64,000 nucleotides of DNA from an uncultured delta proteobacterium (GTDB taxonomy: Bacteria > Desulfobacterota > Syntrophobacteria > Syntrophobacterales > Syntrophobacteraceae). Positions 1 through 12,470 of this stretch are shown in pieces. Made by a program: the position numbers and the translations under genes. The notes under the pieces are model-generated. The model saw nothing but the letters and a program-made list of their open reading frames with translations. It was not told the origin of the DNA and did not search any database. How positions within the stretch are numbered: the first letter of the stretch is position 1; the number at the start of each line of letters is the position of its first letter. The stretch is from positions 1 to 64,000 of the forward strand of contig CAWEHK010000028.1 of the NCBI GenBank assembly GCA_963808625.1. The letters are read 5' to 3'.

Positions 1-960
1 AAAATCGTGGCGAAAAAGGTTGAGGGAGGGCTCACGAGGGAGGTAGAGAGCACCACGTCGTGTTCAATTGACATTCTCGACTGTGCCGGCCATAAGAGCA
101 ACGACAGGTACCACACCACAATCCGTGTTTCAGTAAGGACACGCTCCAGCATCGTGAAATGCCTTCCGGCATATCCTCCTGGTTGTTGCTTGATCACCTC
201 AACTGACATGAAAAACGAGCGCCAACATCAAAATGAAGAGGATGCCTTTTACTGCCTTTCGGCTCGCCAAGAAGCGCTTCCAGAGAGACAAATGAAGGTC
301 CGCGTTGAAGACCAGACCTCCGTCACCAGGATCATGACCGGCAACATCGCGGAATTTTCCTTGGAGAAGAATGCCCCTAAAGCGGCAATACCAAAGGCAA
401 CGTAATAGGGACAGGCTTTTGTCAGGCCAAGCTCTGAAAGTGTTTCCTGCGTCCAAGGATATAAAAGGAGATTGCGATGATGTAAAAAAAAGCCTGAAGG
501 GACGCCATTCGTTGCACCAGGTAGGTGACCGCGTTGGTTTGCACCGGGTTAAGCGCCCACACCCCGGCAACCAGCACGACAAACATCGGAGCAGAGATAC
601 GCTCGGCGGAAGTCTCTCTTTCCCCAACGGCCTGCAACAGATTGAAAACGAGGAACATCACTGCGATCAGACAAGAAATGTGGATTAGTGCGTTCGTAAG
701 ATGGAAGAAAACGACATTGCCTCCACCAATCCAATGATCAAAGGAAAAGGAATCATCGGAATCCAGCGCGCCCAGCCAAAAGTAGTCTGGGAGAGGAGAA
801 AGAGGGAAGAAACTGACCAATCCTTGAGGTACACGTCCTCTTGATAAACAAAGGAATGAAAGTCATCCAGGATGGGAGGTGAATAGAATGTGCCACAATA
901 TGCAGAGATCACTAAAATGATGAGCAGAATGGCAGCAGCACAGGGGAAGGCTCGTCTCAT
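1..960 (-). CDS. TMTC/GT-C-like polytopic membrane glycosyltransferase, frameshifted, runs off the left edge
   Basis: Fragments 685-960 and 422-820 join. An N-terminal TM helix is followed by PPILDD, then FHLTNALIH and LNPVQTNAVTYLVQRMASL, which are typical of TMTC-like GT-C proteins. It lies directly downstream of the pilin gene. Confidence 0.7.
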
Positions 961-1092
961 GGCTCACCAATCTCAGTCTTCGCCATCGCTGAAACAATGG
1001 CTTAAGCCCGGATCGATGAAAGGGGCGGGAAACTTGTCGTCCCGAATTTTCAAGTGGATTTTCCGTTCAGACAGTCGATGCCCAGGCGGTCA

Positions 1093-1546
1093 TCAGAAGC
1101 CAAGTTCTTTCGCAAGGGTGCCGCCATAAGTCCAGTACAGCTTTCCACCAGTGGCGTTTGCAAGCGCCAGAAACGCCCCGCTGCTCAATGCTGAAAATTC
1201 TGTCTTGCTTGTGTCCACATTGATTGTCAATATCCCACCGGATCCGGTTTTCGCCCAAGCTACACCTGTAACATAGCCTAGGTCTGCGTCAGTAGTGAGA
1301 GCTTTCATCTCGGTGCTCCCCGCCGCGGCAGTTGGAGGCAACCAGCCTGAACGGCATACTTCGTTGAAATGGCATTCTCAATCGAATGGACTCCGTCGCC
1401 GGAAAGACCAGGCTGGTCGGCACCGACTTGGCAACGTATCGTTGGTAGTAAGGCACGGCGACGGCGGCCAGGATGCCGATGATGGCCACGACGATCATCA
1501 TTTTCACCAGGGCCAAGCCTTTGCTTTCGCGCATTTTAATCAGCAT
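1093..1546 (-). CDS. pilA: Type IVa major pilin (long type, about 150 codons), frameshifted, with an atypical N-terminal motif
   Basis: MRESKG|LALVKMMIVVAIIGILAAVAVPYYQRY is a class III signal-like helix. The C-terminal part is in ORF 1093-1341. There is a GAGGAGG RBS and an upstream sigma54 promoter. Confidence 0.8.
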
Positions 1547-1738
1547 GTTGAATCCTCCTCAGTTGGTTTGGTTTGTCCTGTTCATCAAATCTGTCATGAC
1601 CTAATTTCTCCACACATCCTCGCTTAAACCGCTCTCTCGATTTTGAACCCCCCCTTTCTTTGCGTGAAATCGATAAAAAAGCCTCTGTTCGCTCATTATG
1701 CTACTCTCAGGTGGTGCTTCCTTTGTCTGAATCGGATT

Positions 1739-1755
1739 AGCAATGATTGTGCCAA
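1739..1755 (-). promoter_or_regulatory. Sigma54 (-24/-12) promoter of the pilin gene
   Basis: Minus strand TTGGCACAATCATTGCT matches TGGCAC-N5-TTGC and lies about 190 bp upstream of pilA. Confidence 0.85.
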
Positions 1756-2010
1756 TCTATCTCCGACTTAAATGGGTCCATAAAACCAGGGCGTGCAACA
1801 GTTTACAGAGAACAGTTCCAAGGACATGCGATCATTACAAAAACACATGCCCAACGGCAATTTGGTTTCCTTTATCGGGCTGAGAACCGTTCCGTCTGGT
1901 CATATGTGGACGCGGAGTCCAGGACGGACAGAGCACCAAAGAGACGATCTCGGAACTGGCATACCCTCTCACCCCTCCGAAAGCCAGGGGCCGGAATTCT
2001 GAGGCAAACC

Positions 2011-2280
2011 TCGATTCCGGCTTTCGCCGGAATGACGATCAACGGCATTCTGACCATTTTGAGATTTCCCAATACTACAACAAGGGTTCCGCAGGGGCCT
2101 TGATTTGTGGGGCAGGCTTTCGGGCCTGCCTTTTGCCGGTTCGCGTCGCGGCTGACAGCTGCCCGCAACGGCTTCGACTTTCATCAAAGCACCGTTCTAG
2201 TACAGCCGGGCGGAAGTTTCTGGTCAGTTCGGCGACCATTCAACCGGATTGTGAGGGGCGACCGGCGGTCGCCCCTACCA
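2011..2280. repeat. Cluster of REP-like palindromes
   Basis: ATTCCGGCTTTCGCCGGAATGACG (about 2014-2037), GGCAGGCTTTCGGGCCTGCC (about 2111-2130) and AGGGGCGACCGGCGGTCGCCCCT (about 2254-2276). Confidence 0.65.
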
Positions 2281-2627
2281 GCCGAAACCAAATAGTGACT
2301 TCCGCCCACGTGTACTAGCCCCAAGATTTCCATGCCCATTGACGACATAATTTGTCATGGTCCTGACGGTTCGTGTCAATTGTTGGAGGGAGGAAAGGAG
2401 ACAACCGTGGCGAGCCAGGAAAAGCAACGCTCCGGCTCTGAAAAACCATGCTGCCGTTTCATATTTCTGCTGGGTCCTCCCTCAAGACTGCCCCCAGCAA
2501 AAGCTGTCACGGAAGGCCCTGTTGCCATCTCATTTTGTTGTTGCTGTCTCGTCGTTGTGCCCTCATCTTGAATTGCACGCGATCCTCAGAATCGAGAAGA
2601 TTTCGCGCCCACTTTTTGCTATGGTGA

Positions 2628-3321
2628 ATGGCCGAACAGACGGGGCCAAGGAGAGCTGGGATGAGGGTGGACTGCTGCAGGAAATTGAGGACCCGGGGCA
2701 TGGTGGCCGGGTGCTGTATGGTGGGGATGATGCTCGTGAACTCGCCGTTGCTCGGCCAGGGTAATGAGACCAATCCCGCCGGGCAGGCGCTATCCGCTGA
2801 AACAAACGTTGGCCTTCCAACCGCTCCCAAAGATCCGATCCTATCCCCGGAAGAGACGCCCGCCAAGCCTCCGGAGCCATTTACGGTGCGCGGCAAGATC
2901 CTCAAAGCCCTGTTGAAGGAGAATTTTTCCTATAACCAGAGCAATATGGTTGATCCCTTTGTCAGTTTCATTGCCCCTGCCGGAGGGGCGCCGCCAGAAC
3001 TCCTTGCCAGCGAAGAAGAGTTCGAGCCTCCCCCTGAACCCCAGCGGCCTCTTACCCCTCTTCAGAAAATGAACCTCGGAGAAATCGAAAAAGGCCTTAA
3101 AGCCATTGCCTGGGGAGAACTCGGGCGGCGAGCCCTGGTTGAGGATTCTGCCGGGAAAGGCTACATCGTGACTGTCGGCACCCCGGCAGGCGAGAGAAAC
3201 GGGGTGATCACCGACATCTTCAATGATCGCATCGTCATTCAACAGCAGCTCTGGGACCAAAGGCCAAGCGGCTGTTGCCGCAGAATTTCGTGGTGAAGTT
3301 AAAGAAAGAGCAGGCCAAATA
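2628..3321 (+). CDS. pilP: Type IV pilus assembly protein PilP (C-terminal frameshift near 3258; start uncertain)
   Basis: Motifs DPFVSFI, RPLTPLQKMNL, LKAIAWG, ALVEDSAGKGYIVTVGT and NGVITDI match PilP. The alternative frame ends ...FVVKLKKEQAK*. Confidence 0.8.
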
Positions 3322-3398
3322 GCCCCCGCCCCCCCCCAAAGCCTATGCCTACTGCACTTGTTTCGGCTGCGGTCCTCACTTTGGCAAACTCACGAATT

Positions 3399-3592
3399 AA
3401 CCGCAGAGCACGCTGAGATCGCAGAGAAACCTAATGACTTCATAGCGAAATCTGCCTGCGCATTCTGCACTGCTAACGTGTGATTTCTTGAAATTTTGTC
3501 AGGACTTTATCCTAATTTATTGTTTTCTCTGCGTTCTCTGCGGTTGATTCCTTTGGTTGCGGTTATCGGCTGCCCTGCGTTCTCCGCGGTGA
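3399..3592. repeat. Intergenic imperfect palindrome family (ACCGCAGAG...CTCTGCGGT)
   Basis: AACCGCAGAGCACGCTGAGATCGCAGAGA pairs with TTCTCTGCGTTCTCTGCGGTT. Related copies lie at about 19104-19133, 26354-26426 and 61694-61745. Confidence 0.65.
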
Positions 3593-3704
3593 ACAAAAAA
3601 AGCTATTCAGCCTCAACAGCTATCATTCAAGAGGCTTGAAGTGACAGGTCATCAAGGGCTGTTTTATCGAAGCGGGCAAGCTTCCGGACGGGTTGAAAAG
3701 CGGT

Positions 3705-4166
3705 TCATTTTCCTCTCACGACGGACACCACCAGCATCAGGGCCCCCACCGTTATGGCGCTGTCCGCCACGTTGAAAGCGGGCCAGTGATAGGCGCCGAC
3801 ATAGCAGTCCAGGAAATCAACTACCTCCCCCAGGCGCAGGCGATCAATCAGGTTCCCCAGCGCCCCGCCCGTGATGAGCGCATAGGCCGTTCGCGTCCAG
3901 CGATCATCGGGCCGCAGCTTTCCATAGGCGAAGAGAAGGATGATCACGACCAAGATGGTCAAACCGACGAAGAGCCCCTGGCGCCAGACGGAGGTTGCAC
4001 CCGCAAAAATACTGAAAGCGGCCCCGGTATTTCTGACGTGCACGAGATTGAAAAAGCCGGGAATAATCTCCATTGCAGAATGGAGCGGCAGAAAATGGAG
4101 AACCAGGAGCTTCGTAACCTGGTCCAAGAAAATGATCGTCCCGCCAATAGCAAGCAAATAGATCAT
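3705..4166 (-). CDS. lspA: Lipoprotein signal peptidase II
   Basis: Motifs LDQVTK, NTGAAFS, GALGNLIDR, VVDFLD and FNVADS. It follows ileS. The likely start is the ATG at 4166. Confidence 0.95.
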   Translation of the reverse strand: MIYLLAIGGTIIFLDQVTKLLVLHFLPLHSAMEIIPGFFNLVHVRNTGAAFSIFAGATSVWRQGLFVGLTILVVIILLFAYGKLRPDDRWTRTAYALITGGALGNLIDRLRLGEVVDFLDCYVGAYHWPAFNVADSAITVGALMLVVSVVRGK

Positions 4167-4244
4167 GGTATCGTGTCTTCCGTGTATTCCGTGGTGAACA
4201 ATGACCCTTCTTTCTTGGACAACCTTTTTCGACATCAGCACTCT

Positions 4245-7028
4245 TCACCCAGCCACGACGTCATGGCAGCGCTCACAGATGGTAGGATGAGCGGCAAACT
4301 GGCCGACCTTATCGGAGCGCACCCAGCAGCGTTCGCATTTGCTCCCTGACGCCGGTTCAATCGCCACAAAAAGACCCGGGATTTCCACCCCTTCAACGGG
4401 ATTCACCAGGTCGGCAACCGGTGCCAGTGCAACCCCCGAGACGATAAAGACCGAGCGGAGCAGTTCCTCCTGGTCGGCGAAAGCGCCCCGCAGCTCGTCA
4501 GGAAGGGCCAACTTCACCACGGCATCCAGAGGATGGCCGATGATCTTCGCCTGGCGGGCCCCTTCGAGCGCTCGAGCGACTTCCCCGCGAAGCGTCAGAA
4601 TCGTCTGCCAGCGCCGGTTCAGTTCCTCATCATCGAGGGCCGCATCCGCTTCCGGGAAGCTCTCGAGATGGATCGTTTCACTTGGTCGATGCGGCAGATG
4701 CCACCAGGCTTCCTCCGCCGTGAAAGAGAGCACGGGGGCCATCAATTTCAAGAGCGTTGTCAGAATGCGATAGAGCGCGGTCTGGGCAGAGCGGCGGGCC
4801 TTGCTTTCCGTTGCCGAAACGTAAAGGCGGTCCTTCAGGATATCGAGATAAAAGGAGCTCAGATCCACCACGCAATAGTTATGGAGAGCATGGTAAACGC
4901 GGTGGAATTCAAAACGGTCGTAGGCCTGACGAACCCGTTTGATCAACTCCTGGAGCTGCTGGAGGGCAAACCGGTCCAATTCGTCCATTTCCCGGTAGGG
5001 CAAGGCATCGGCAAGGGGGTGGAAGTCGCCGAGGTTTCCCAGGAGAAAGCGGCACGTGTTCCGGATCCGACGATACGCTTCGCTCAGGCGCTTCAGAATG
5101 TCCGGGGAAATACGGACATCGTCGCGATAGTCCTCCGCCGACACCCAGAGCCGCAGGACCTCGGCCCCGTATTGGCGGATGATTTCCTCGGGGGCAATCA
5201 CATTGCCGAGAGACTTGGACATCTTGTAGCCCTGGCCATCCACAACAAAGCCATGGGTAAGTACGGTCTTATAGGGTGCCATGTTTCGCGTCCCCACCGC
5301 GGCCAGCAGAGACGAATGAAACCAACCGCGATGCTGGTCGCTTCCTTCCAGATAGAGATCGGCCGGAGCCTCGAGGTATGGGCGATGTTCCAACACGGCA
5401 GCATAGGACACCCCGGAATCGAACCAGACATCGAGAATGTCCATTTCCTTCCGGAAACTTTCCCCGTGGCATTCGGGGCAAACTGTCCCGGGCGGCAGCA
5501 GGGCCTGCGCGTCTTTTCCAAACCAGCAGTCCGCTCCTTCCTTTTCAAAAAGGGCCACCACGTGGGCAAAGATTTCCGGTGTAGCAAGGAGTTTCCCACA
5601 ACTAATGCACGTGAAAACCGTGATCGGAACACCCCAGGACCGCTGCCGTGAAATGCACCAGTCCGGGCGATTGAGAATCATGTTGTAGATGCGCTCGCGG
5701 CCCCAGTTCGGGACCCACTCCACCCGGTCAATCCAGGTCAGAGCTTTGTTCCGGAGCTCGTTTTCGGCCATCGAAATAAACCACTGCTCGGTAGCCCGAA
5801 AGATTACCGGGTTCTTGCACCTCCAGCAGTGCGGATAACTGTGCTCGACTTCCGTTTCACGGACCAGGCGCCCAACTTCCTGCAGCTTAGCGCTGACCGC
5901 CTTGTTGGCAGCGAACACGAACTGCCCGGCAAAGAAAGGAACGTCCCTGGTGAAACATCCGTCGTCATCAATGGGCGAGTAGACCTCCAGGTGATGTTCG
6001 AGCGCCATTTCATAGTCCTCCCGACCATGTCCCGGCGCCGTATGAACACAGCCCGTCCCGGCCTCGAGGGTCACATGATTTCCCAGAATGAGCACGCTTT
6101 CACGCTCCAGGAAGGGATGCCAACACGTGCGGCCCGCCAGGTCGGAGGCGCGAAACCGCCGCAACACCTCAAATTTCTCGATGCCGAAGAGGTGCATGCA
6201 GTTTTCCAGCAGTCCTTCCGCCAGGATCCAGATCTCATCGGCGACGGCGACAGCCACATAGGTGAAATCGGGATGCAGGGTGATGGCCAGATTGGCCGGA
6301 AGCGTCCACGGAGTGGTGGTCCAGATCACCACATAAGCGGGCTTCCCCGAGAGCTCCGGGAACTGGGCCTTGCTCTTTTCATCCAGCGGGAATTTGACAT
6401 AGATCGATGGCGACATGTGGTTGTGATATTCAACTTCCGCCTCGGCCAGGGCCGTGCGACAGCTGGTACACCAATGGACCGGTTTCTTGCTTCTGATCAC
6501 ACTCCCCTGGGCGAAGAAACGTCCCAGCTCGCGGGCAATGGTCGCTTCGTAATCGTAGGACATGGTGAGGTAGGGATTCTCCCACTCACCGAGGACTCCC
6601 AGGCGCTTGAACTCATTTTTCTGGATCTCGATGAAGCGTTCGGCGTACTGCCGGCAATGCCGGCGGACCTCCACCTGGCTCATGGACGATTTCCGCTCGC
6701 CCAGTTCCCGGTCCACCTGGTGCTCGATAGGGAGCCCGTGGCAATCCCAGCCCGGCACATAGACCGCATTGAACCCGCTCATCTGGCGACTCTTGACGAT
6801 CATGTCCTTGAGAATCTTATTCAAGGCCGTCCCCAGATGGATATGCCCGTTTGCATAGGGAGGACCATCATGAAGGATGTAAAGGGGACGATCCTTGCTG
6901 TGCTCTCGCAGCAGATCGTAAAGCCTCATCTCTTCCCACTTCGCCAGGATCTCGGGTTCGCGCTTGGAGAGATTGGCTTTCATGGGAAAATCGGTCTGAG
7001 GAAGGTTTAAGCTCTCCTTATAATCCAT
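4245..7028 (-). CDS. ileS: Isoleucine--tRNA ligase
   Basis: Motifs [24 protein letters not shown] and KMSKS, plus the C-terminal zinc finger CERC...CERC. Confidence 0.98.
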   Translation of the reverse strand: MDYKESLNLPQTDFPMKANLSKREPEILAKWEEMRLYDLLREHSKDRPLYILHDGPPYANGHIHLGTALNKILKDMIVKSRQMSGFNAVYVPGWDCHGLPIEHQVDRELGERKSSMSQVEVRRHCRQYAERFIEIQKNEFKRLGVLGEWENPYLTMSYDYEATIARELGRFFAQGSVIRSKKPVHWCTSCRTALAEAEVEYHNHMSPSIYVKFPLDEKSKAQFPELSGKPAYVVIWTTTPWTLPANLAITLHPDFTYVAVAVADEIWILAEGLLENCMHLFGIEKFEVLRRFRASDLAGRTCWHPFLERESVLILGNHVTLEAGTGCVHTAPGHGREDYEMALEHHLEVYSPIDDDGCFTRDVPFFAGQFVFAANKAVSAKLQEVGRLVRETEVEHSYPHCWRCKNPVIFRATEQWFISMAENELRNKALTWIDRVEWVPNWGRERIYNMILNRPDWCISRQRSWGVPITVFTCISCGKLLATPEIFAHVVALFEKEGADCWFGKDAQALLPPGTVCPECHGESFRKEMDILDVWFDSGVSYAAVLEHRPYLEAPADLYLEGSDQHRGWFHSSLLAAVGTRNMAPYKTVLTHGFVVDGQGYKMSKSLGNVIAPEEIIRQYGAEVLRLWVSAEDYRDDVRISPDILKRLSEAYRRIRNTCRFLLGNLGDFHPLADALPYREMDELDRFALQQLQELIKRVRQAYDRFEFHRVYHALHNYCVVDLSSFYLDILKDRLYVSATESKARRSAQTALYRILTTLLKLMAPVLSFTAEEAWWHLPHRPSETIHLESFPEADAALDDEELNRRWQTILTLRGEVARALEGARQAKIIGHPLDAVVKLALPDELRGAFADQEELLRSVFIVSGVALAPVADLVNPVEGVEIPGLFVAIEPASGSKCERCWVRSDKVGQFAAHPTICERCHDVVAG

Positions 7029-7112
7029 CTTTCAGTCCCCCTAAGGAAAAGGTTATTTGAAGACTTTTTTACTAGCATACCAAGGCTACATGTCAAGCTC
7101 TTAGCGGGAAAC

Positions 7113-7150
7113 AGTGATGAGTAATGAGTGACGAGTGATGAGTGGCGAGG
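7113..7150. repeat. Heptamer tandem array (GAGTGAT-like)
   Basis: GTGATGAGTAATGAGTGACGAGTGATGAGTGGCGAG, upstream of ileS. Confidence 0.8.
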
Positions 7151-7213
7151 AAAGGGAACGCTCCAGGGGACGGTTTCAGAATCTGCGGGTGTCACTCCCG
7201 AATGAGAATTACG

Positions 7214-7257
7214 AAAAAATGAGCCCCCTTCCCGCTCTAACCCTAGAAAGGGGGCTC
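7214..7257 (-). terminator. Probable intrinsic terminator of groESL
   Basis: Stem GAGCCCCCTT/AAGGGGGCTC is followed on the minus strand by ATTTTTT, about 80 bp after the groEL stop. Confidence 0.65.
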
Positions 7258-7337
7258 TAGTGTTGCTTAGAAACCTTTCGGTTATTGTGGTGGAAACGAG
7301 CGGCATGACTCACCCGTTTCCCGAAGCTTAACTCCGC

Positions 7338-8981
<1,644 letters not shown>

Positions 8982-9018
8982 TTAAATTCCAGCTTCCGAC
9001 TGATAGCTTCGAAGATCC

Positions 9019-9310
9019 CTATTGTTCAACGATGGCGAGGATATCATCCTCTCGCATAATAAGAAGCTCATCGCCTTCGACCTTGATATCCGTGCCGGCA
9101 TACTTGCTGAACAGCACCCGGTCTCCCGCTTTCACGTCCAATGGCCGTCTGCGTTCCATCTTCCATCAGTTTGCCGCTGCCCACAGAAATCACTTCACCC
9201 TGTATGGGTTTTTCTTTGGCCGTATCGGGAATGATAATGCCCCCCGCCGTTACCTGTTCCTCTTCGATTCGCTTCACTACCACACGATCGTTGAGCGGTT
9301 TAAGTTTCAT
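9019..9310 (-). CDS. groS: Co-chaperonin GroES (frameshift near 9150)
   Basis: [10 protein letters not shown]...[13 protein letters not shown] continues in another frame as [41 protein letters not shown]. Confidence 0.95.
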
Positions 9311-9393
9311 CGTTTCGACTCCTTTCGTGTTACCAACCTGGTTTATTGGGATTAATCAACGCGCTGATGTCCCGAAGTGTTCGGACCATACTA

Positions 9394-9420
9394 TTAGCAC
9401 TCGCCCTCGATGAGTGCTTA
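9394..9420. promoter_or_regulatory. CIRCE operator (HrcA site)
   Basis: TTAGCACTC-GCCCTCGAT-GAGTGCTTA has one mismatch to TTAGCACTC-N9-GAGTGCTAA and lies upstream of groES. Confidence 0.93.
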
Positions 9421-9445
9421 TAATCACTGGGGGGTTACTTGGCAA
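9417..9445 (-). promoter_or_regulatory. Sigma70-type promoter of groESL overlapping CIRCE
   Basis: Minus strand TTGCCA-N17-TATAAG. Confidence 0.6.
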
Positions 9446-11200
9446 GAGGAAAAACGGGGTCAAAAGGGAAAAAAAGTGCCACGGAAGTGCCTGATTCCGC
9501 GTCGCTCTTCACTTCAATACGCCCACCGAGGTTTTCCATCAATTGGTAGACGATGCTCAGGCCGAGCCCGGTCCCCCTTTGCTTGGTTGAAAAGAAAGGT
9601 TCAAAGACCCGCTCACGATCCTCTTCCGGGATTCCCGGTCCCGTATCAGATGATCTCAATAACGGCTTTTCAATTCGGGGGAGGCCGCCGCTTTCGAGGC
9701 TGCCACGCGGATCGTGAGGGTCCCACCATCGGGCATGGCCTCAAGAGCATTGCTCATGAGATGCCAAAGGACCAGTCTAAGATGCTGGGGGTCCATAAAG
9801 AAAACCGGCATGAGTTCGAACGTCTTCACGAACGTGTAAATATCCGTCTTCGTATCTCTCGCCTTCAACTGCGCCAAGACCTCTTCAATCATGGCGCACA
9901 CCCCTACCTCTTCCATCTTTTCAGACTTTTGTGACCCTTTCGCCAACCACAAAAAGTCCGTAATGAGGTCATCAATGCGCTGGATTTCCCGAGAGACAAT
10001 CGTCATCAGTTTGGCGTGGAACGATCCCTGGTCCATCTCGCTCTGCAGCATCTGGGACGCCCCGCTGATAGCAGCCAGGGGGTTCCTGATTTCATGAGCG
10101 ATTTCGGCCGCCATTTTTCCGGCATAAACCATGCGCTCCATTCTCTGGAGATGCTCCTCCATGGACTTGAGCCGGGTCAAATCCTGGAAGATAAATACCC
10201 AGCCCGAGGTATCTCCGGCATCCTTTTTCAGGAAAGAAACGCTGTACCCCAAACAGAGTTCCTCCCCTCCGGGGCGCTTATAGGCAACCTCCCGGCGGGC
10301 CGGGAGCTGGGTCTCGGGTTGGGCGGTCAGGGAGGTGTTTCCGGGCCAAGTTAGAAAATCCAGGGAGGGAACGATCTTTTCAATGGGCTGGTCGTCAATT
10401 TGATCCGGGGTCAGGGCCAGTATATTTTGCGCTGAGGCATTGGAGAAAAGCACATGGCCATTCGACTTAACAAACAATATACCGCTGCTGATGCTTTGAA
10501 TGATGTTACGATGCAACATCTCGAGCTCATGGAAGTCTCTCTTATGCTCGCGGACCTGTTGGCTCGACCTCCGTAATTGCTCTGCGAGATAACCACTCAA
10601 ATAAGCCGTGAGATAGAAGCCGGCGATATTCATCAGGATGCTGTAAAAGTAGGCGGCACTGTCACGGACCGGAGAGGCCACCTCAACCACCGACCGCGGA
10701 GTGAGCCAGCCAAAGAACTGCAGGTCCAGCAGCAGGCCGTAGGAAAGCGCGCACGCAGTGGCGCTCACCATGCTCCCCCGGCGATGCAGCAGCAGCGCGC
10801 CACTGATTATTGTCGGCATATAAAGAAAGGAAAAAGGGCTATCAACCCCTCCCGAAATGTATATCAGAAAAGTCACGGCGCCGGCATCGAAAAGGAGCTG
10901 CAGATAGGCAAATTGCACGAGGTGACGGACCCGCCTCAGACTCAGCGCGGCCACGATCGTGAAAAGAAGGAGCACGACCGAGAAGGTGTAGAGGGGTTTG
11001 AGCTGTGCGGACAGGAGGTCCTCGGTGCGACGGCTTTGGACCAGAAGCGTAAGCGCCAGGAAGAAGACACCCAGGAGCAGCCGAAATAGCAGCACTCCCT
11101 GAAGCTTTCGCTTGAGGGAAGCCTCACCAGGGGTATCCCCGTCCCTCATTTCCGGATCAAATTCCAGTTCAGAAGGTTTCCCGACGTTTACCGGCACCAT
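9435..11200 (-). CDS. pilS: PilS-type membrane sensor histidine kinase (frameshift near 9657; start uncertain)
   Basis: Multi-TM N-terminus, PAS region, H-box AHEIRNPL and N-box NALEAM. The G boxes DTGPGI/GTGLGL are in ORF 9435-9659. It lies directly after pilC. Confidence 0.85.
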
Positions 11201-11234
11201 ACTGAAGTTGTTCTTCCTTTGTCGTGAAGGGTTC

Positions 11235-12452
11235 TCACGAGGCCCTGGAGACCACGTCCGCTATCTGGAAGATGGGCAAGTACATGGCGATCAACAGTCC
11301 GCCGATGGTGACCCCCAAAAACACCAGCAGGAGGGGCTCCAGGAGCGAAGTGAGCGCTTCCACCGTAATGTCGACCTCTTCGTCGTAGAAATCCGCGACC
11401 TTCCCGAGCATCGTATCGAGTGCCCCCGTCGCCTCGCCAACCGCAATCATTTGGGTCACCATAACCGGAAATACTTTTGTGTCCTGCAGAGGTTCCGCCA
11501 CGGAACGGCCTTCGGCTATGGCGGTTCGAGATTCCCGAATAGCGTTCTCGAGCACCGCGTTCCCTGCCGAGCCGGCAGCGATTTCCAGGGCATCGAGAAT
11601 GGGCACCCCGCTTGCCAGCATGGTGCCGAGTGTCCGCGAAAAACGCGCCACGGCAACCTTGCGCAGGAGCATCCCAAAAACCGGCAGCCGAAGGATGAGT
11701 CGATCCGTCAAAACCCTCCCTTTGGGGTTCATGCGGACCCTGCGAACGATGTAGACGAGTAGCGCTATACCGATAACGATCCAATAAAAGTAGCGTATGA
11801 CAAAATCACTCAAGGTGATGACAAAAAGCGTCATGAATGGCAGCGCGACCCCCGCGTCCCTGAAAAGCTGGGCAAAGACCGGGATCACGTAAATAAGGAT
11901 GACAGCCATGACGCCGATCGCGATGGCGACCACGATGGCCGGATAGGTGAGGGCCCCTCTCACCTTCTTCTTCAATTTCGCCAGCTTTTCTATGTAGTCG
12001 GCGAGGCGATTGAGAATGACATCGAGGATGCCTCCCACTTCCCCGGCGGCAACCAAATTGACGAAGAGGTTGTCAAATACCTTGGGATGTTTCCTGATCG
12101 CGTCCGAGAAGGTAGCACCCTCTTCCACATCTTTTTTCACCTTTTTGATAATGGTCTTGAAGGCTCTTTGCTCCTGCTGCTGCTGGAGGATGTCCAGGCA
12201 CTGAACGAGGGGCAGCCCTGCGTCGATCATGGTGGCGAATTGCCGGACAAAAACCACCAGGTCTCTTTCGGTTACCCGGTTTTCAAAAATCGGGACGTAT
12301 TCAATGAGGTCCTTGGGCTTAGGCTTGAACCCCGTTATATTAAATCCCTTACGCACCAAAATTTGGCGCGCGATGGTGGCGTTATCGGCTTCGATTTCAC
12401 CGCTTTGCCTTTTGCCCCTGCGGTCAATTCCCTTCCAACGGTACACCGGCAT
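11235..12452 (-). CDS. pilC: Type IV pilus platform protein PilC
   Basis: Motifs RQFATMIDAGLPL, AAGEVGGILD and VGEATGALD (T2SS F family). Confidence 0.95.
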   Translation of the reverse strand: MPVYRWKGIDRRGKRQSGEIEADNATIARQILVRKGFNITGFKPKPKDLIEYVPIFENRVTERDLVVFVRQFATMIDAGLPLVQCLDILQQQQEQRAFKTIIKKVKKDVEEGATFSDAIRKHPKVFDNLFVNLVAAGEVGGILDVILNRLADYIEKLAKLKKKVRGALTYPAIVVAIAIGVMAVILIYVIPVFAQLFRDAGVALPFMTLFVITLSDFVIRYFYWIVIGIALLVYIVRRVRMNPKGRVLTDRLILRLPVFGMLLRKVAVARFSRTLGTMLASGVPILDALEIAAGSAGNAVLENAIRESRTAIAEGRSVAEPLQDTKVFPVMVTQMIAVGEATGALDTMLGKVADFYDEEVDITVEALTSLLEPLLLVFLGVTIGGLLIAMYLPIFQIADVVSRAS

Positions 12453-12470
12453 GATGATTCCTTGCCCTTA

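Noticed and set aside
1093..1546. Short Geobacter-type e-pilin
   Set aside because: The early stop is due to a frameshift, and a globular C-terminal domain continues to 1093.
2338..2382. TGAC...GTCA palindromes as a PilR enhancer
   Set aside because: The arms are short, the spacing is inconsistent, and the site is about 600 bp from the pilA promoter.
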